Positions 7,961 to 15,873 of a DNA stretch of 44,739 nt are shown here, piece by piece. The notes beneath the pieces were generated by a model. It was not told the origin of the DNA. It searched no databases and saw nothing but the letters and a program-made list of their open reading frames with translations. The DNA is taken from positions 1 to 44,739 of IMG/VR virus record IMGVR_UViG_3300028586_000034. One strand, 5' to 3'. Position 1 is the stretch's first letter; every line of letters starts with the position of its first letter. Made by a program: the position numbers and the translations under genes. This DNA comes from a virus. Lineage: Duplodnaviria; Caudoviricetes.

Positions 7961-8373
7961 GCTTTCGCCTGTCACACAGTAGGCCGTTTCTTTAACCTAG
8001 CAGCGAGAGCCTGACGAATCAGGATGAGTGCTAGGAGCGTGTCCTACTGTGCCGCTCAGCTCATTAGGAGCCAAGTCTACAGTGTGGCCGGTGCTACCGT
8101 GCCAATTTTGATCTCCTCTTAATCCCAGAGGATCGAGCTTTCAAACTCGACTCGGCGCAATGTCTCGGGTGCGCCTCCGGCCCTATGAAGTTCACAGACT
8201 TCGCTCTGAACAGTTCGCCTTTAAACTCACAACCGTTTCACATCTACCACAGGGCAAAGCGCCCTAAGCTTTTGTGTCGTGCTGCAATCCAGCGTGGCCC
8301 GTTTGCCACCTTATGCTAAGCGAACCATCCAATCCGTCGCTTGCTGTATCCTGCTGTGCTACTCAGTGTTCAC

Positions 8374-8402
8374 AGTGTCGCATACTACCGCGCTGCTGTC
8401 AA
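8374..8402 (-). promoter_or_regulatory. Host sigma70-type early promoter 4
   Basis: TTGACA-N17-GACACT with TG just upstream of the -10. Confidence 0.6.
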
Positions 8403-8456
8403 CTACTGTTTGCTGCTACTGAGTGGCTTGCTGCTTAGTGCCGCTCAGTGGTTCCC

Positions 8457-8485
8457 AGTATCGCAGGAACCGTTCGCCTTGTCAA
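8457..8485 (-). promoter_or_regulatory. Host sigma70-type early promoter 3
   Basis: TTGACA-N17-GATACT. Confidence 0.8.
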
Positions 8486-8643
8486 CCACTCTTTACTGCT
8501 TAGGGTTAGGGGCAACCTAACTCGGGTTATCGCAGCTCACCGGACATCTCACTGTCTTACGTCGTCCAACATTAGGACTAGCAGAGGATCAGGTGTTGCG
8601 CCGGTTATGCGCCCTTTGATTTACTACAGAGTGATTGACTAGG

Positions 8644-8655
8644 TTATTAAAGAGC
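8644..8655 (-). promoter_or_regulatory. boxA antitermination element
   Basis: GCTCTTTAATAA vs rrn boxA GCTCTTTAACA; preceded by hairpin CTGACA/TGTCAG at 8666-8685. Confidence 0.7.
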
Positions 8656-8696
8656 TTCGGTGTACCTGACAGCGTTGTGTGTCAGCCGATGTAGCC

Positions 8697-8725
8697 ATGA
8701 TGCCTGAACTACTGTGTTGCGTCAA
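8697..8725 (-). promoter_or_regulatory. Host sigma70-type early promoter 2
   Basis: TTGACG-N17-CATCAT. Confidence 0.65.
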
Positions 8726-8822
8726 GCGCTTTCGGTAGTGTGTTTCGCAAGCCCGGAAGGACTATGTAGCTCAACACTAGGTACGGTGCTTAACTGCTGC
8801 GATACGCTGCAACATGTGAAAC

Positions 8823-8851
8823 AGTATGACACGTATCTCTAAGCCTTGCAA
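8823..8851 (-). promoter_or_regulatory. Host sigma70-type early promoter 1
   Basis: TTGCAA-N17-CATACT. Confidence 0.7.
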
Positions 8852-8961
8852 GCGGTATGTGTCTAGTGTGTACCATCTATACAACACAGCACCTAAGCAC
8901 CTAAGCCTATCTATATAGGCACATCTAACCATAGCGCAGCACAGCCACGAATACTCAATGG

Positions 8962-8974
8962 AATCAATAGGTTA
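8962..8974 (+). promoter_or_regulatory. IHF-binding consensus site
   Basis: AATCAATAGGTTA fits WATCAANNNNTTR; AT-rich non-coding context. Confidence 0.5.
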
Positions 8975-9008
8975 CATGCGTATGTTGTACGGGAAGCAAT
9001 AGAATCCT

Positions 9009-9036
9009 TTAGAGGGACATAAAATGGTAAGACCAT
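9009..9036 (+). promoter_or_regulatory. Putative phage RNAP promoter, class 2, oriented against the gene direction
   Basis: 28-nt exact reverse-complement copy of 33162-33189; shares TTAGAG..ACATA..ATGG with class 1. Confidence 0.7.
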
Positions 9037-9099
9037 GAGCGGACAGCGAGAGGGCGCAGCATGAGAGCGGTATAACCCGCTGCTGTTCTGCGTAGCAGG

Positions 9100-9560
9100 G
9101 TGGAGCTAGGCTGTGCGCTGTGCTGTGCTGTCTCTGTGCGGTAGCTGTGAGTACCTGTGCGGCTGCTGTGCTACCTAGCTAGGTTGGGCTGGGTACGGCT
9201 AGTACGCTGTAGGGCTGTGCAAAAGAGACAGATACCGCGCTCGTGCTGCTGAACTCCAGGCGCTGTGCTCTGCTGCTCTGGGCTGAGCTGAGCCAGCTAG
9301 GCTGAGTGCTACCGAGCTATGCTGCGCTAGTCCATGCGCGGTGCGTGCGGCTGCTGAGCGACCGAGCTGTTCTCTGTGCCGAGGGAGGGCCACGGGGGAG
9401 TTCTGGCGCGGAGAGTTCGGGAGGGAGCCTCGCATGAGTGCTGCAAATTTCAGTGCTACTATGTACTCGCACCTAGCCACCTGCTACCGCTAGGAACCAC
9501 GCTGTACAGCTTTGTACTGGTCCAGTCTCAGAAATACCGCTAAGGCTGAACCATTCCGTG
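9100..9560. repeat. Non-coding low-complexity region with short repeats; probable site of the physical ends/direct terminal repeat
   Basis: Many GCTGTG/GCTGAG/GCTAG units, no credible ORF, lies between the last late gene and the early promoters. Confidence 0.5.
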
Positions 9561-9968
9561 CTAAACCAGCTTGATGCCGATTAGCTTACCTGCTGTGACG
9601 CTAAGCTTCGCTGATGTCCCTAGGCTAAGCCCTAGCAGGTTCAACACTGGGACTGTCGCTACTTGTCCGTCTACGATCTTAACTTCATTCGATGCTAGAG
9701 GCTTCTCGACCTCTTTGATTACTTGGACTTCCTTTGTGACCTGAACTTCTCGGATCACTTCCCTATCTCTGTACACGATTACCGGCTCGGGCTGTGCCAG
9801 CGGGTATCGGTCTACCAGCCCATCCCGGAGGGCGAGCAGACACACATCGGTGCCGCTTGCTAGTCCGGGATTGCTAGAGCCACCCATGTACAGGTCGCTC
9901 CAGCGGTGGGCGCTTACGAGTAGGGCGCGGAGGTCATACATCCTGTTGCAGGACTCCTCCGCTACCAT
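9561..9968 (-). CDS. Hypothetical late protein with (V/I)xxEV repeats
   Basis: 135-aa ORF, REVIREVQVTKEVQVIKEVEK; start could be the internal MYDL. Confidence 0.7.
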   Translation of the reverse strand: MVAEESCNRMYDLRALLVSAHRWSDLYMGGSSNPGLASGTDVCLLALRDGLVDRYPLAQPEPVIVYRDREVIREVQVTKEVQVIKEVEKPLASNEVKIVDGQVATVPVLNLLGLSLGTSAKLSVTAGKLIGIKLV

Positions 9969-9969
9969 G

Positions 9970-10143
9970 TTATGCCTTGACTGCGGTGATGGCTGCTGCG
10001 GCTGCGGTCAGGGCTGCATCGGCTGCTGCCAGGAGGGTAGGGTTGTTCAACTGCATGTACAGCTCCAAAGCCTTCTCAGCCTTGACGATTGCTTGACGAG
10101 TTGCTTCGATGGTTGCTTGCGGGGTTGCGGCGGTGAATGCCAT
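9970..10143 (-). CDS. 57-aa Ala-rich hypothetical protein
   Basis: MAFTAATPQATIEATRQAIVKAEKALELYMQLNN...; strong SD AAGGAG; below the ORF-track cutoff. Confidence 0.7.
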   Translation of the reverse strand: MAFTAATPQATIEATRQAIVKAEKALELYMQLNNPTLLAAADAALTAAAAAITAVKA

Positions 10144-10164
10144 AGTAGTGCTCCTTCGTTTAGG

Positions 10165-10527
10165 TTAGTCGTACAGGGACTTCTTGCAGTGGCACCCGCT
10201 CGGGTCGAACGGGTCCAACAGCTCATTGCAGATGTAAGTAGCGACCACCTTGCGGTAGCCAGTACCTTCCAGCTTGTGCCGTGCCACACGCGGTGACAGC
10301 AGCATCTCCTTGGGCAGCTCCAGGAACAGTACCGTGCCAACTGTACAGTTCAGCAGGAAGTCCGAGAGGTAGCCCAGTGCCAGGAATGGGTATCCCAGCA
10401 CCTTCGCGGCAGTGCTCAGGCCGTGCTCCTCCTTGACGCGGTACAGTGACATGATGGCGAGGTACAGCACCCACGTCAGGGGCACCAGGGCGACGCACAG
10501 GGCGATTACGATGGCGGTGAGGTACAT
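10165..10527 (-). CDS. Hypothetical membrane protein
   Basis: Start MYLTAIV (TAATG overlap); two hydrophobic segments; C-terminal LLDPFDPSGCHC. Confidence 0.75.
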   Translation of the reverse strand: MYLTAIVIALCVALVPLTWVLYLAIMSLYRVKEEHGLSTAAKVLGYPFLALGYLSDFLLNCTVGTVLFLELPKEMLLSPRVARHKLEGTGYRKVVATYICNELLDPFDPSGCHCKKSLYD

Positions 10528-10925
10528 TATGCTCCCATGGTTGAGAACGCCGTACGGAGGCCCGTGGGGGCCTGCACAGCGATGTTGGCGTACTCGGCCT
10601 TGACTGCGGCCTTGCACTCTGCGGCTGTTGTCGAGTTGACAACACTTGCCACTTTGGTAATGTCCAGCAGGCGCTGGCGGGCCTGCACGAACGCGGCAGG
10701 TAGGGTGGTGTCGCCCTGGAGCTGTGCAGCCATAGCGATGCCCGTGAGGCGGTTCAGCAGGTCTTCCCGCATCTCCCGGACCTCGGCTAGGTACTCGGCC
10801 CTGGCGAGCCGCACAGCCTCGACAGCGGCCTCTGCGGCACCAGCACGGCGCTGCATAAGCTCGGCCAGTTCCTCGGGGGTGAGCGGGCGATACACCCCGC
10901 TCTCACAGATTGTCAGTTCTTCCAT
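10527..10925 (-). CDS. Putative tail-fibre assembly/chaperone protein
   Basis: Start MEELTI behind AAGAGG; RPLTPEE motif, helical, immediately after a fibre gene. Confidence 0.6.
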   Translation of the reverse strand: MEELTICESGVYRPLTPEELAELMQRRAGAAEAAVEAVRLARAEYLAEVREMREDLLNRLTGIAMAAQLQGDTTLPAAFVQARQRLLDITKVASVVNSTTAAECKAAVKAEYANIAVQAPTGLRTAFSTMGA

Positions 10926-10926
10926 G

Positions 10927-12624
10927 TTACCTCTTGATTCCGTAGACACGTAGTTGGACACCCGCAGCGATGGTCGCACCACCGCCACCGAACAGTTGGA
11001 AGCCCGTGATAGCTTGACCAGCCGTGGGCGCGATAAAGCCACCCGTGAGGTTGGTAGTGAATCGACCGGGGGCGGTGTCATTCATGTAGAACGACCGCAC
11101 CTGGTAGAGCCTGGAGCCTACAGCACCGGCCCCGGTGCAATCCACTTGGAACATTGCGGACATGGTAGTGCCCGACGTCAAGGTAGCAGACAGGTTAACT
11201 GCGTCCACAGCCGTGGCTGCGGTACTGGTGCTGTTTGTAGAGGTCGAGTTGTAGTTGCCGCTAGTCGAGGCGATGGCCCCGGCTACTACGAAGCGGAGGC
11301 GCAGGTAGTCCACGGCAGTGAACCCTAGACCGTTGATCTGCACGATCAGGCTGTCGTACTCCGCTGGCAGAACAGTCGGGTAGTACACACTAGACGTTGC
11401 GGAAGACAGTGTACCGGACAGCAGGAGCTTAAAGTCCCCTGTCCCGGTCGGCAAGTCATCCAGCATCGCCAGGGTCCCCGACTTGTCGGGAAGTGTGTAC
11501 GCGCGGGCTGCTGTGTTGGAGTTCGACAGGGTGGCCTGGAACGTGCTACCCGAGTTCGGTAGCAGCAGCGCGCGGCTTGCGTTCAGGCCGGGATAGCCGC
11601 TGGCGGCACCCTTGTTAGCGGCCACCTCCCGACGGTCCATCTGGGCCTGCAACTTCCCAGGGGCGCTGAGCACCGTATCGTTTGAGTTCACAGCGGAGGA
11701 AGACGCGGTGCTAAACCCAGTGAGCTTAGAGGCCCTTGTGGCCTCCTCAAAGGTGCCGAGGGTCTTGTCGCCCCGGATGTACTGGGCGGCAGTACCGGTC
11801 GGGATAGCGGGTTCGGTGTTCCCCGAACCACCAGCCTGGAGCTGGGTGATGTTAGCCTCGGCCTGCTGGACCCGCGACTCCACCACATCCACGCGATAAT
11901 TTACCTGCTGAAAGTCCAGGCCCACCTCGCCCACCGCACCCTGGAAGCTGGCGATACTGCGGTCCACAGCGTCAAAGCCGTCCTTGACAGTTACCCCGTC
12001 AGCGAGGCCCACCATGGTTGCCCCCGTAGGTCCGGCAAGGCGTTGCTCCAGCTCGGACCCACCAGACGCCGCGTCATACGCAGCCTGGGCGATACGCACG
12101 GCGTCGAGGGCGGTAGCCTCTACGTTACTGGCGGAAATCTGCGCGGCGGTGACGTTGGCTGTCAGCTCCACCAGAGCACCCTGCACATCGCCGCTGGCGA
12201 TACCGGCAAGGGGTACGAGGCCAACCATGCCAGCACCAGCAGACGTAACCAGCAGTGCCGCGATGTCCGAAGGGAAGCCGCTAGGCAGCGACACCAGAAC
12301 CTCAGCGTCAGCGTTGCGGCCCGTAGCCGACACTCGGACAGAGGTGAACTGCGAGCAGTCCACGTAGAAGCTCACAGCCACACCGGGCTTGAGGTTCATA
12401 ACGTCGAGCGTGCCATCGGTCGCGGTATAGCCCAGGATGCCGTGCAGGTTCGTGAAGTCCGAGCTGGCGTCGAGGATCGTGAAGAATGGTTTGTCCGGAG
12501 TGTTCCGGGCCTCTAAGTAGACACCCGACAGCGGCACGTTGCCGGTGTTAGTCACCACGAAGCGGTAGATGCCACCGCCAGGGAAAGTACCCAGGGCGGT
12601 GAGCGTGTTCTCATTTAAGCGCAT
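10927..12624 (-). CDS. Second tail fibre / receptor-binding protein
   Basis: 565 aa; coiled-coil segments; fibre-like motifs GTAAQYIRGD, DTVLSAPGKLQAQ, NKGAASGYPGL; beta-rich C-terminus. Confidence 0.7.
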   Translation of the reverse strand: MRLNENTLTALGTFPGGGIYRFVVTNTGNVPLSGVYLEARNTPDKPFFTILDASSDFTNLHGILGYTATDGTLDVMNLKPGVAVSFYVDCSQFTSVRVSATGRNADAEVLVSLPSGFPSDIAALLVTSAGAGMVGLVPLAGIASGDVQGALVELTANVTAAQISASNVEATALDAVRIAQAAYDAASGGSELEQRLAGPTGATMVGLADGVTVKDGFDAVDRSIASFQGAVGEVGLDFQQVNYRVDVVESRVQQAEANITQLQAGGSGNTEPAIPTGTAAQYIRGDKTLGTFEEATRASKLTGFSTASSSAVNSNDTVLSAPGKLQAQMDRREVAANKGAASGYPGLNASRALLLPNSGSTFQATLSNSNTAARAYTLPDKSGTLAMLDDLPTGTGDFKLLLSGTLSSATSSVYYPTVLPAEYDSLIVQINGLGFTAVDYLRLRFVVAGAIASTSGNYNSTSTNSTSTAATAVDAVNLSATLTSGTTMSAMFQVDCTGAGAVGSRLYQVRSFYMNDTAPGRFTTNLTGGFIAPTAGQAITGFQLFGGGGATIAAGVQLRVYGIKR

Positions 12625-12913
12625 GTGCGTCCTTTACAGTGAGGTTCCACTGACGCAGCGCAGCCTTGTCCGCATTGCATGTTCGGAGGGCGTCACGTAC
12701 GTCGAGCAGGCCGTCAGCCAGCTCCCCGTTAGTGAGGTCTGGCCCAGCGGCATACAGGATTGGTTCATCGGTATTCAGTAAGTACCCCTCCGGGACCAGC
12801 GTAGGCTCAGTCCGGGTTGGCGCGGTACTGCACCCCGAGAGAGCCAGAGACATCAGCAGGCACAGGCTCAGAAGCCCAGGCCGGATGCTTTGCAAGCGCG
12901 GTAGCGAGTGCAT
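12611..12913 (-). CDS. Rz1: o-spanin lipoprotein
   Basis: Lipobox LALSG-C; LTNGEL..G...ALRTCNAD motif; overlaps the Rz 3' end; SD AAGGAG. Confidence 0.85.
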   Translation of the reverse strand: MHSLPRLQSIRPGLLSLCLLMSLALSGCSTAPTRTEPTLVPEGYLLNTDEPILYAAGPDLTNGELADGLLDVRDALRTCNADKAALRQWNLTVKDAHALK

Positions 12914-13142
12914 GTTGCTCCTTCAATCGTTGTTTGGCGTTCTTGGCGGTTGCTGTGGCACGGGCCTTGGCGGCAGCATCGGCGGCGAGGACGAGGGATT
13001 TCTGGGTGCTCACCTCAGCCTCCAGGGCCGTGACCCGCGCAACGGACTCGGCCAGAGCGGCGCGATTAGCATGCAGGCCGAAGCCCAGCGCTACCGATAC
13101 GAGAAGCACAGCCGCTAGGGCGATTGCGAGGATGCGAGTCAT
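12807..13142 (-). CDS. Rz: i-spanin
   Basis: Start MTRILAIAL (ATGA overlap); N-terminal TM, coiled coil, WASEPVP near the C-terminus. Confidence 0.85.
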   Translation of the reverse strand: MTRILAIALAAVLLVSVALGFGLHANRAALAESVARVTALEAEVSTQKSLVLAADAAAKARATATAKNAKQRLKEQHALATALAKHPAWASEPVPADVSGSLGVQYRANPD

Positions 13143-13630
13143 TGCAGGCCTTTCAGGCAGAGGTCGCGCTCGGCAATGCGGCGCTTGGTGATGCCGGGGA
13201 GCTTCTGAGCGTTCCACTTCGGAATCTCGTAGCACATGCCGTTCAGGTTGCCCTGTTCCCACATGCGGCGCATGGTCGGCTTGTTCCCGTTCTTGAGCGA
13301 GCACACGCCGTCCTTCACACCCTTGCCACCCGGACCCATGTTGAAGGCGAGCGAGACCATCGCACCCTTGCTATGCCCGGTCAAGCCGGGGTAGCAGCGG
13401 TCCACAAGGTACTCGGCCTTCCACAGGTCGTCGGTAAGCTTGGCCTCGCACTGGGCGTGAGTGTTCCGCTTACCGGGGATCACGTCAGGCCCAGTGTGGC
13501 CGGTGCAGTCCGTCCAGATGCCTACCGGGTCGCGGTAGGGGACAGGGCGGTAGCCTTCTGCGAACTGCACCAGGGCCACGGTAGCGGCCAGGGCCGCACC
13601 CGCAAGTTTGATCTTGAGGTTATTTGCCAC
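13139..13630 (-). CDS. SAR-type endolysin (GH24 lysozyme)
   Basis: N-terminal Ala/Leu-rich SAR segment; catalytic EG..PY.DPVGIWT.C.GHT; GITKRR..E..LC. Confidence 0.9.
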   Translation of the reverse strand: MANNLKIKLAGAALAATVALVQFAEGYRPVPYRDPVGIWTDCTGHTGPDVIPGKRNTHAQCEAKLTDDLWKAEYLVDRCYPGLTGHSKGAMVSLAFNMGPGGKGVKDGVCSLKNGNKPTMRRMWEQGNLNGMCYEIPKWNAQKLPGITKRRIAERDLCLKGLQ

Positions 13631-13799
13631 GCTGCCTCCACCACTTATCGCGGATCAAGAAGTACAGCATGAAGGCCGTGTACAGGATCGTAGCGAGGTA
13701 CGTAATGTCGGCCAAGCTCACACCAAAGAGGTGCAGGCCAGTGACCGACAGCGGCGGTGAAGCCTTGACGGTCTCGACCGCAGTTTCCTTGATAGACAT
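13620..13799 (-). CDS. Holin/pinholin
   Basis: 59 aa from MSIKETA; hydrophobic helices and basic C-terminus; upstream of endolysin. Confidence 0.8.
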   Translation of the reverse strand: MSIKETAVETVKASPPLSVTGLHLFGVSLADITYLATILYTAFMLYFLIRDKWWRQRGK

Positions 13800-13800
13800 G

Positions 13801-15579
13801 CTATCTCCGTTTGTAGATGTTGCGGCGGATGCCGCGTGCGGGCTTGTTCCTTTGATCGGAGTAGCCCATTGGGTTTGCAACGAACTCGGCTGCGTCGGCG
13901 CTTGCGCGGGCCTCTGCTGCTTTGTGTTCGTCAGTGACCAGCACACCCTTCCAGTGCCGTACTGCCCCGGCCATCGCCTCTAGGCGGTCGTCGTGGGTCA
14001 GCGAGCCTCTGTCGGTGGTGATGTTGGCGAACTGGTAGAACATGCTGTAGCTCTTGCGCTGATCTGGCGTGTGCTGCTTGCCATACAGGGCGTCGGACTC
14101 GAACACAGCGGTGTGCAGGATCACACGGTGCCGCTGGACGGAGCTAACTAGGCTGTCGATGATACGACGCTCTTTCTGCCCGGTGCTGTATTCTCCGATG
14201 ACTCCCACATTCTTAAACTCGTCCTCGGGGCGGTCCTCTCGCCGTTTGGCAAGGACTGCGCGAAGGTTAATCTCGAACAAGCCGTGGCCCATGTTGGACT
14301 CCACCTTGACGAGCGTTACACCGAACTTGCGGATCAGATCGACCAGTTTCTCACCGTTCTCGTCTGTCAAGCCGCCCTTGAGGCCACCCACGTCGAGGAC
14401 GTGGATGTAGGGCCCGAGGGGGACACTGATAGCGAAACCGAGTTCATCTTTACCACCGCCAGCCGGGTCGATGTACATCATCGGCTTCTCTTTGGGAGTA
14501 GCGAAGTGGCAGTCAACCGGGACAGGGTGGTACAGCTTGGTCAATGGGATCGGGAAGTCTGCGGGCATCTCAACCAGATGTTTGGGAGCCGCTTGGTACA
14601 CGAGTATTTCTGGGAGTCGCTCATGGTTAAAGTTCGCCACGAGGAGGTCGGAGAGTTTGAGCTGTTGCCGTGCAGCGTCAGAGAGTGAGGTGTCCAGCAT
14701 GTACTGCAACTGGAACCCCTCTGGGCCTTGGTCTAGCTCTTTCTCGCAGAGGTCTGTTTCTGTGTAGCGTTGCGGGTCGGCGGGCTTACCTTTGGTGCCG
14801 TCGAGTCCTGCCCCACTTTGGAGGCTGGGGTCAGCCTTAATGCGTTCACTAAGGAACGGGGCCAGTCGTTCGCCATACTTCTCCACTTCTTCTGGCGTCG
14901 GGAATCGTCCAGGCCAGATGCGGACATCAAAGCCTCGTCCCGGTAGGGTGTTGTAGATTGAGTCCTTCGTCTGCGGGGTGCCCAGGTACATGATGTCGCC
15001 GTGGGTACAGATGGACGAGAAGTCCTTAGTCAGCAGCAAGAGGTGTTCGCGTTGCGTCACCGTCAGGCCGTTCTTCGTGGTCTCCACGTCATCTGCGATC
15101 AGTAGGTCAGCGCGCTTACCCTGCAAGTTCGCTGTGATACCGACGCAAGCGACGGACGGTGATTTATCCAGCCCCTTGAGGGCGTGGTGTACATCGAAGG
15201 CATCTACGGAACTCCGGTCGCCAGCTTGGCGGTCGGGGCGTAGGTACTCTAAGATGTCAGCCGTCATGATTAGTCGGATGATGAGGGTAGCGACTTCCGA
15301 CGCTTGGGCCTCGCCACCCGACACAACCAGCACCCGATCTTGTGGGCGCTGGACAAGCCGCCACACGGCGTACAGTGCAGCCAGGGTGGACTTAGCCTCA
15401 CCCCGCTGTGCCATGACCATGCGGAGGCGTGGACCCAACGCCATGAAGGCGGCGATGTCCTCCTGCATCCCGGTAAGCGGGAAGCCGAGGAATTCCATTC
15501 CCCACATGGCGAAGTCCTCGAAGTGCTCGAAGTGCTCCGCGACTGCCATAGCATGGGAGAATCGCTGGCGGCTATCCAT
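13801..15579 (-). CDS. terL: Terminase large subunit
   Basis: AQRGEAKST Walker A, LLIADDVE Walker B, YLGTPQ, IDPAGGG.DE nuclease, HDDRLEA. Confidence 0.95.
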   Translation of the reverse strand: MDSRQRFSHAMAVAEHFEHFEDFAMWGMEFLGFPLTGMQEDIAAFMALGPRLRMVMAQRGEAKSTLAALYAVWRLVQRPQDRVLVVSGGEAQASEVATLIIRLIMTADILEYLRPDRQAGDRSSVDAFDVHHALKGLDKSPSVACVGITANLQGKRADLLIADDVETTKNGLTVTQREHLLLLTKDFSSICTHGDIMYLGTPQTKDSIYNTLPGRGFDVRIWPGRFPTPEEVEKYGERLAPFLSERIKADPSLQSGAGLDGTKGKPADPQRYTETDLCEKELDQGPEGFQLQYMLDTSLSDAARQQLKLSDLLVANFNHERLPEILVYQAAPKHLVEMPADFPIPLTKLYHPVPVDCHFATPKEKPMMYIDPAGGGKDELGFAISVPLGPYIHVLDVGGLKGGLTDENGEKLVDLIRKFGVTLVKVESNMGHGLFEINLRAVLAKRREDRPEDEFKNVGVIGEYSTGQKERRIIDSLVSSVQRHRVILHTAVFESDALYGKQHTPDQRKSYSMFYQFANITTDRGSLTHDDRLEAMAGAVRHWKGVLVTDEHKAAEARASADAAEFVANPMGYSDQRNKPARGIRRNIYKRR

Positions 15580-15859
15580 CAGTGCCGTCCCGGAGGTCGG
15601 ACTTCACAAGGTCGAGCACATTAGTGCCACGCTTCTTGCGGTTAGCCGCCTGCTCCGCGAGCCTGTCCCGCAGCTCGTGCAGGTCATCTTGGTCCGCTGG
15701 GTCGGCGGTTACTGCGTTATCCTTGAGGAACTTCACAGCCGCCGACAGGGTGGCGGCATCCGTGGGGATTTCGTCAGTCATGTCAGCGGCGATCCGCATC
15801 TTGAACGATTGCGCGATCATCTTGTGCAGCTCCTCCAGCTCCTTGCGGGAGGATGCCAT
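15572..15859 (-). CDS. terS: Terminase small subunit
   Basis: 95 aa, AATLSAAVKFLKDNAVTAD, directly upstream of terL. Confidence 0.85.
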   Translation of the reverse strand: MASSRKELEELHKMIAQSFKMRIAADMTDEIPTDAATLSAAVKFLKDNAVTADPADQDDLHELRDRLAEQAANRKKRGTNVLDLVKSDLRDGTDG

Positions 15860-15873
15860 ACATTACTCCTTGA

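Noticed and set aside
8005-8040. Hammerhead core CTGACGA on +
   Set aside because: No GAAA after a helix II; better explained as a minus-strand UUCG hairpin
9100-9480. CRISPR-like or coding interpretation of the short repeats
   Set aside because: Units are 5-7 nt and irregularly spaced; ORF 9199-9480 is low-complexity with no SD
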